Assembly: GCF_000026545.1 (NCBI RefSeq)
Contig: NC_011601.1
Strand: one strand, 5' to 3'
From: Escherichia coli O127:H6 str. E2348/69
GTDB taxonomy: Bacteria > Pseudomonadota > Gammaproteobacteria > Enterobacterales > Enterobacteriaceae
DNA length: 64,000 nt
Made by a program: the position numbers and the translations under genes. Shown here one piece after another: positions 58,039 to 64,000 of this stretch (position 1 is the stretch's first letter; each line of letters opens with the position of its first letter). Below the pieces are notes generated by a model, which saw nothing but the letters and a program-made list of their open reading frames with translations, was not told the DNA's origin and ran no database searches.

Positions 58039-58571
58039 TCGGCAGGATTCTGGGAAAGTTTACGTCTTTTTACTGCCCGGGATGGCGGCTGACATAAGCT
58101 GCAGGCAAAGCTGCCAACAGGCTGGTGAGCGTGGGTAATAAAATTGCCGCCGCAGCAGTTGCAGCTGGAAAGTTGCAGTAATCCACTTTCAACAAACCGC
58201 ACCAATGTCCAGGCACGGGTTAATGCCAGCAGCGGTCCTTCTTCTGCTTGCGGGCACTGTTCAAGGTATAAACGGTAGGCTTTGATCACCGCATCGACGC
58301 CATTACACAAGCCAGTTTTCAGTAAAAACTGCCATGCATTACAGAACATCGAAGCATGAACATTTTGTTCCCAGGTCATAAACCAGTCGGTTGAAAATGG
58401 CAGCATGCCTTTCGGCGGTGGGCTTCCGCGCAGTTCTTTATAGAGTTTTATCAGACGTCCGCGACTTAACTGTGTTTCGCTTTCCAGCATCTGCAAACGA
58501 GCGCCCAGGGTGATCAATTCCATTGCCAGCTGAATATCCCGCGCTTCCTGAACAATGCTTTTTTCACTCAT
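57993..58571 (-). CDS. flhC: Flagellar master regulator subunit FlhC
   Basis: 192-aa ORF with a Cys4 zinc-binding C-terminus (CNCCGGNF...CSLCQPP). Confidence 0.97.
58046..58072 (-). promoter_or_regulatory. Sigma-28 promoter of the motAB-cheAW operon, located within the flhC coding sequence
   Basis: Minus strand reads TAAACTTT-N11-GCCGATAT, a close match to TAAAGTTT-N11-GCCGATAA. Confidence 0.7.
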
Positions 58572-58573
58572 GA

Positions 58574-58924
58574 TCAGGCCCTTTTCTTGCGCAGCGCTTC
58601 TTCAGGCTGATTAACATCATTCAGCAAGCGTGTTGAGAGCATGATGCCGGTATGAATTTGCTGGAGATCGTCAACGCGGGAATCTTGCGTCAACTGAGTA
58701 ATCGTCTGGTGGCTGTCAAAACGGAAGTGACAAACCAGTTGATTGGTTTCTGCCAGCTTAACCATTTGCGGAAGAGTCAGTGCCGCTAACGTTGTCGCCA
58801 TTTCTTCATTTATGCCGAGACGAAACATAGCGGACGCTTTGTCCTGAACAATCAGACGCTGTGCAAGTAGTAAATATGACAAGTTGATGTCATAAATGTG
58901 TTTCAGCAACTCGGAGGTATGCAT
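58574..58924 (-). CDS. flhD: Flagellar master regulator subunit FlhD
   Basis: ORF 58574..58933; start taken at [15 protein letters not shown] (116 aa); the 119-aa start at 58933 is the alternative. Confidence 0.93.
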
Positions 58925-59703
58925 TATTCCCACCCAGAATAACCAACTTTATTTTTATGCGGTCACACCGCACCCCGTGATGTCGCCGGGAAGCCCCGGT
59001 AAAAAATAATTAGCATTAGAATAGTTGCGATAAGCTGCAATAAGCAGACCCACCTTTTTGGTTTAATAAGTCCTTACAAATAGAAGGGGGTCTTTACACT
59101 TATCTAAGATTTTTCCTAAATCGACGCAACTGTACTCGTCACTACACGCACATACAACGGAGGGGGGCTGCGATTTTCAATAATGTGTGATGCAGATCAC
59201 ACAAAACGCTCAATTACTTAACATAAATGTATAAGTCATACTTTTGTTTTGGGTGTATTTCAATCTGTTAAAAAATTTTTCACTACACTGGCAAGCAAAA
59301 ATGAAACAGGAATAATCGAAATGGGATGTTGCGCACAGTTAAAATAACTCACCGTAAATAATCATCTGCTATAAATAATCGCTTTAATGCAATACCAGAT
59401 AAGCCATTTTTAAACAAACACTTACCGCACAACAAACTAATTAACTACAAAGAAAGGCAACAATCAATCTAATGTTAATAAAATATTTTACATATATTAA
59501 CCACTTGTTCAATATGGGAAATCAGTACATTATTTTCTTATAAATACAGTTGAAATCATATGATAACCAAGAGTGATTGATTAATTGTCTTTACTAATAA
59601 CCAGACTAATATTTACCTGTTTAACTGAGTTGGGATTGCGTCGTTTCTCCATTAGGAGTAAAGCTTTAATGTCACCTGAAGTTCACAGAATAAGGAACAG
59701 GTT
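58925..59703. promoter_or_regulatory. flhDC promoter and long 5' leader, and the divergent uspC promoter; AT-rich; no insertion sequence present
   Basis: About 780 bp of AT-rich non-coding DNA between the divergent flhD and uspC starts with no transposase ORF or terminal repeats; individual regulator sites were not mapped. Confidence 0.6.
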
Positions 59704-60132
59704 ATGAGCTATAGCAATATTCTTGTCGCCGTTGCGGTTACACCGGAAAGTCAGCAACTGCTGGCAAAAGCGGTATCTATCGCCAGGCCAGTAAAGGGAC
59801 ACATCAGTTTAATTACTCTCGCTTCCGACCCGGAAATGTACAATCAATTAGCTGCGCCGATGCTTGAAGATTTACGCAATGTGATGCAGGAAGAAACGCA
59901 AAGCTTTCTTGATAAGTTAATTCAGGATGCGGGGTATCCCGTTGACAAGACGTTTATTGCCTACGGTGAGTTAAGCGAACATATTCTGGAAGTTTGTCGC
60001 AAACATCATTTAGATTTGGTGATTTGCGGTAATCACAATCACAGTTTCTTTTCGCGAGCATCCTGCTCGGCGAAAAGAGTGATTACCTCAAGTGAGGTCG
60101 ATGTGCTGTTAGTTCCACTTACGGGAGATTAA
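59704..60132 (+). CDS. uspC: Universal stress protein C
   Basis: 142-aa ORF MSYSNILVAVAVTPESQQLL... Confidence 0.93.
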   Translation: MSYSNILVAVAVTPESQQLLAKAVSIARPVKGHISLITLASDPEMYNQLAAPMLEDLRNVMQEETQSFLDKLIQDAGYPVDKTFIAYGELSEHILEVCRKHHLDLVICGNHNHSFFSRASCSAKRVITSSEVDVLLVPLTGD

Positions 60133-60138
60133 CCGCAC

Positions 60139-62889
<2,751 letters not shown>

Positions 62890-62908
62890 CTGTCTCTTGA
62901 TCAGATCT
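62890..62908. repeat. Terminal inverted repeat of an IS50-family element (matches the IS50 inside-end 19-mer)
   Basis: CTGTCTCTTGATCAGATCT begins exactly where the araH frame is interrupted; the transposase stop codon (TGA on the minus strand) lies inside it. Confidence 0.8.
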
Positions 62909-64000
62909 CCTGATCAAGAGACTTCATCACCAGGTAACCCTCAACCATATCCTGAAGTCTGAACCAGCCATCCCACATGACTACCCAACCGGGGCGACCG
63001 GTGCGTTTGCTGTCATGCCATCGCCCCAGTTTCGCCAGTTTCAGACAGGCCCATTTCAGTGTCGGCATCTGTGACGGAAGCGGTTTTCCTTCCAGCTTAA
63101 CCCACAGCAGTTTCCACTCTGTCGGCGTCAGTATTTTCTCACAGCTGTCATTTTGTGTTTCTTCACTGATACCGCCCTGCCGCAGGCCCAGCACCCGCAC
63201 CGCGATAAACGCCTTGATAACCACCATGCGCTCGAGGTTATCCCGGGTCTGCATTCGCAGCGATTCCACACATGTACCACCACTTTTCCACGCCTTGTGG
63301 TATTCCTCTATCAGCCAGCGTCGCTCGTAATGGCTGACGATACGTCGCGCATCGGCGGCACTCGCCACTTTTTCTGACGTCAGCAGATGCCAGCAGGCGC
63401 CGTCCTCTGCCTGCTCCCGGCAACAGACATACGTGAGCGGGAGCGCCTGGCCGCTGTTGTCGGGATTTTTTATGCTGACTTCGCTGTAACTGATGAACAT
63501 CCGGGCCTGGCGGGCTGCCCGCCCGCCTTTTTGCATCACATTCAGCGTGTGGCTTCCCGCGGTTGCCAGGACTTCCGGCAGTTCGAAGAGCTTGCCGGGT
63601 GCTTCTTCCAGCCGGCGATTCTGTGCTGCACGCACCACGAAGCGCTGCCCGTGGCTGACTTTATAATGCAGGTAATGCCAGATATCCGCTTCCCGGTCAC
63701 AGACAGTGATTACCCGTTTCTGTATCTCCCCCAGCCGTTCGGCCATGCGCTCCGAAGCCTGCTGCCAGCGGTAACTTTCTTTTTCTTCATAGGGACGTTC
63801 TTTTCGCTGGTGCTTAACACCGTAGGTGTCCGTGGCACGACTCCAGCGCTGCTGTTCGATAAGACCGACTGGCAGGGCGCTGTCGGGGGCGTACATCAGG
63901 ACAGAGTGAGCCAGCAGCCCGCGCGTCTTCGGGTTAGTGGTGGTATTCCCCAGGTCATCAGATGCCGTACTGTGACTGAAGTTAATGGTGGTGGTGTCTT
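62901..64000 (-). CDS. IS4-family DDE transposase (Tn5/IS50 Tnp homologue), C-terminal ~365 codons; N-terminus lies beyond the window
   Basis: Frame is open from the window edge (DTTTINFSHS...TRGLLAHSVLMYAPD...) to the stop at 62901; VITVCDREADIW and RWLIEEYHKAWKSG align with the D188 and Y-R-E-K catalytic motifs of Tn5 Tnp, and DSKRTGRPGW with its C-terminal region. Confidence 0.85.
   Translation of the reverse strand, partial: DTTTINFSHSTASDDLGNTTTNPKTRGLLAHSVLMYAPDSALPVGLIEQQRWSRATDTYGVKHQRKERPYEEKESYRWQQASERMAERLGEIQKRVITVCDREADIWHYLHYKVSHGQRFVVRAAQNRRLEEAPGKLFELPEVLATAGSHTLNVMQKGGRAARQARMFISYSEVSIKNPDNSGQALPLTYVCCREQAEDGACWHLLTSEKVASAADARRIVSHYERRWLIEEYHKAWKSGGTCVESLRMQTRDNLERMVVIKAFIAVRVLGLRQGGISEETQNDSCEKILTPTEWKLLWVKLEGKPLPSQMPTLKWACLKLAKLGRWHDSKRTGRPGWVVMWDGWFRLQDMVEGYLVMKSLDQEI

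Larger units (their letters stand above)
62890..64000 (-). mobile_element. IS50-like (IS4 family) insertion sequence, partial; continues beyond the window end
   Basis: Terminal repeat at 62890..62908 plus a Tn5-Tnp-like transposase ORF reading toward that end; the other end and any target-site duplication are outside the window. Confidence 0.8.

Noticed and set aside
62890-64000. Laboratory Tn5 or mini-Tn5 insertion
   Set aside because: The junction end equals the IS50 inside end rather than an outside or mosaic end, and the translated transposase differs at many positions from canonical Tn5 Tnp as I recall it. A native IS50-family element is favoured, but this is unresolved without alignment and the rest of the element.

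Overview
This window reads as a contiguous Escherichia coli chromosomal segment with K-12-like gene order, from letA/yebS through the flagellar and chemotaxis cluster to otsBA and araH. Almost all of it is well-known core genome: about 57 protein-coding genes, no tRNA or rRNA, no CRISPR array, and several recognisable sRNAs, operators, sigma-28 promoters, terminators and REP clusters. I did not find a previously undescribed multi-gene system. The two features that stand out are structural variants: (1) tap is missing between tar and cheR, leaving a ~230-bp remnant that looks like the 5' and 3' ends of an MCP gene joined together; (2) araH is cut off at 62889/62890 by an IS50-family (Tn5-like) insertion sequence whose transposase gene runs off the window edge. 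The flhDC upstream region carries no IS element. All gene identities come from reading the supplied translations against remembered E. coli proteins; no alignment or database search was run, so start codons and sRNA ends are approximate.
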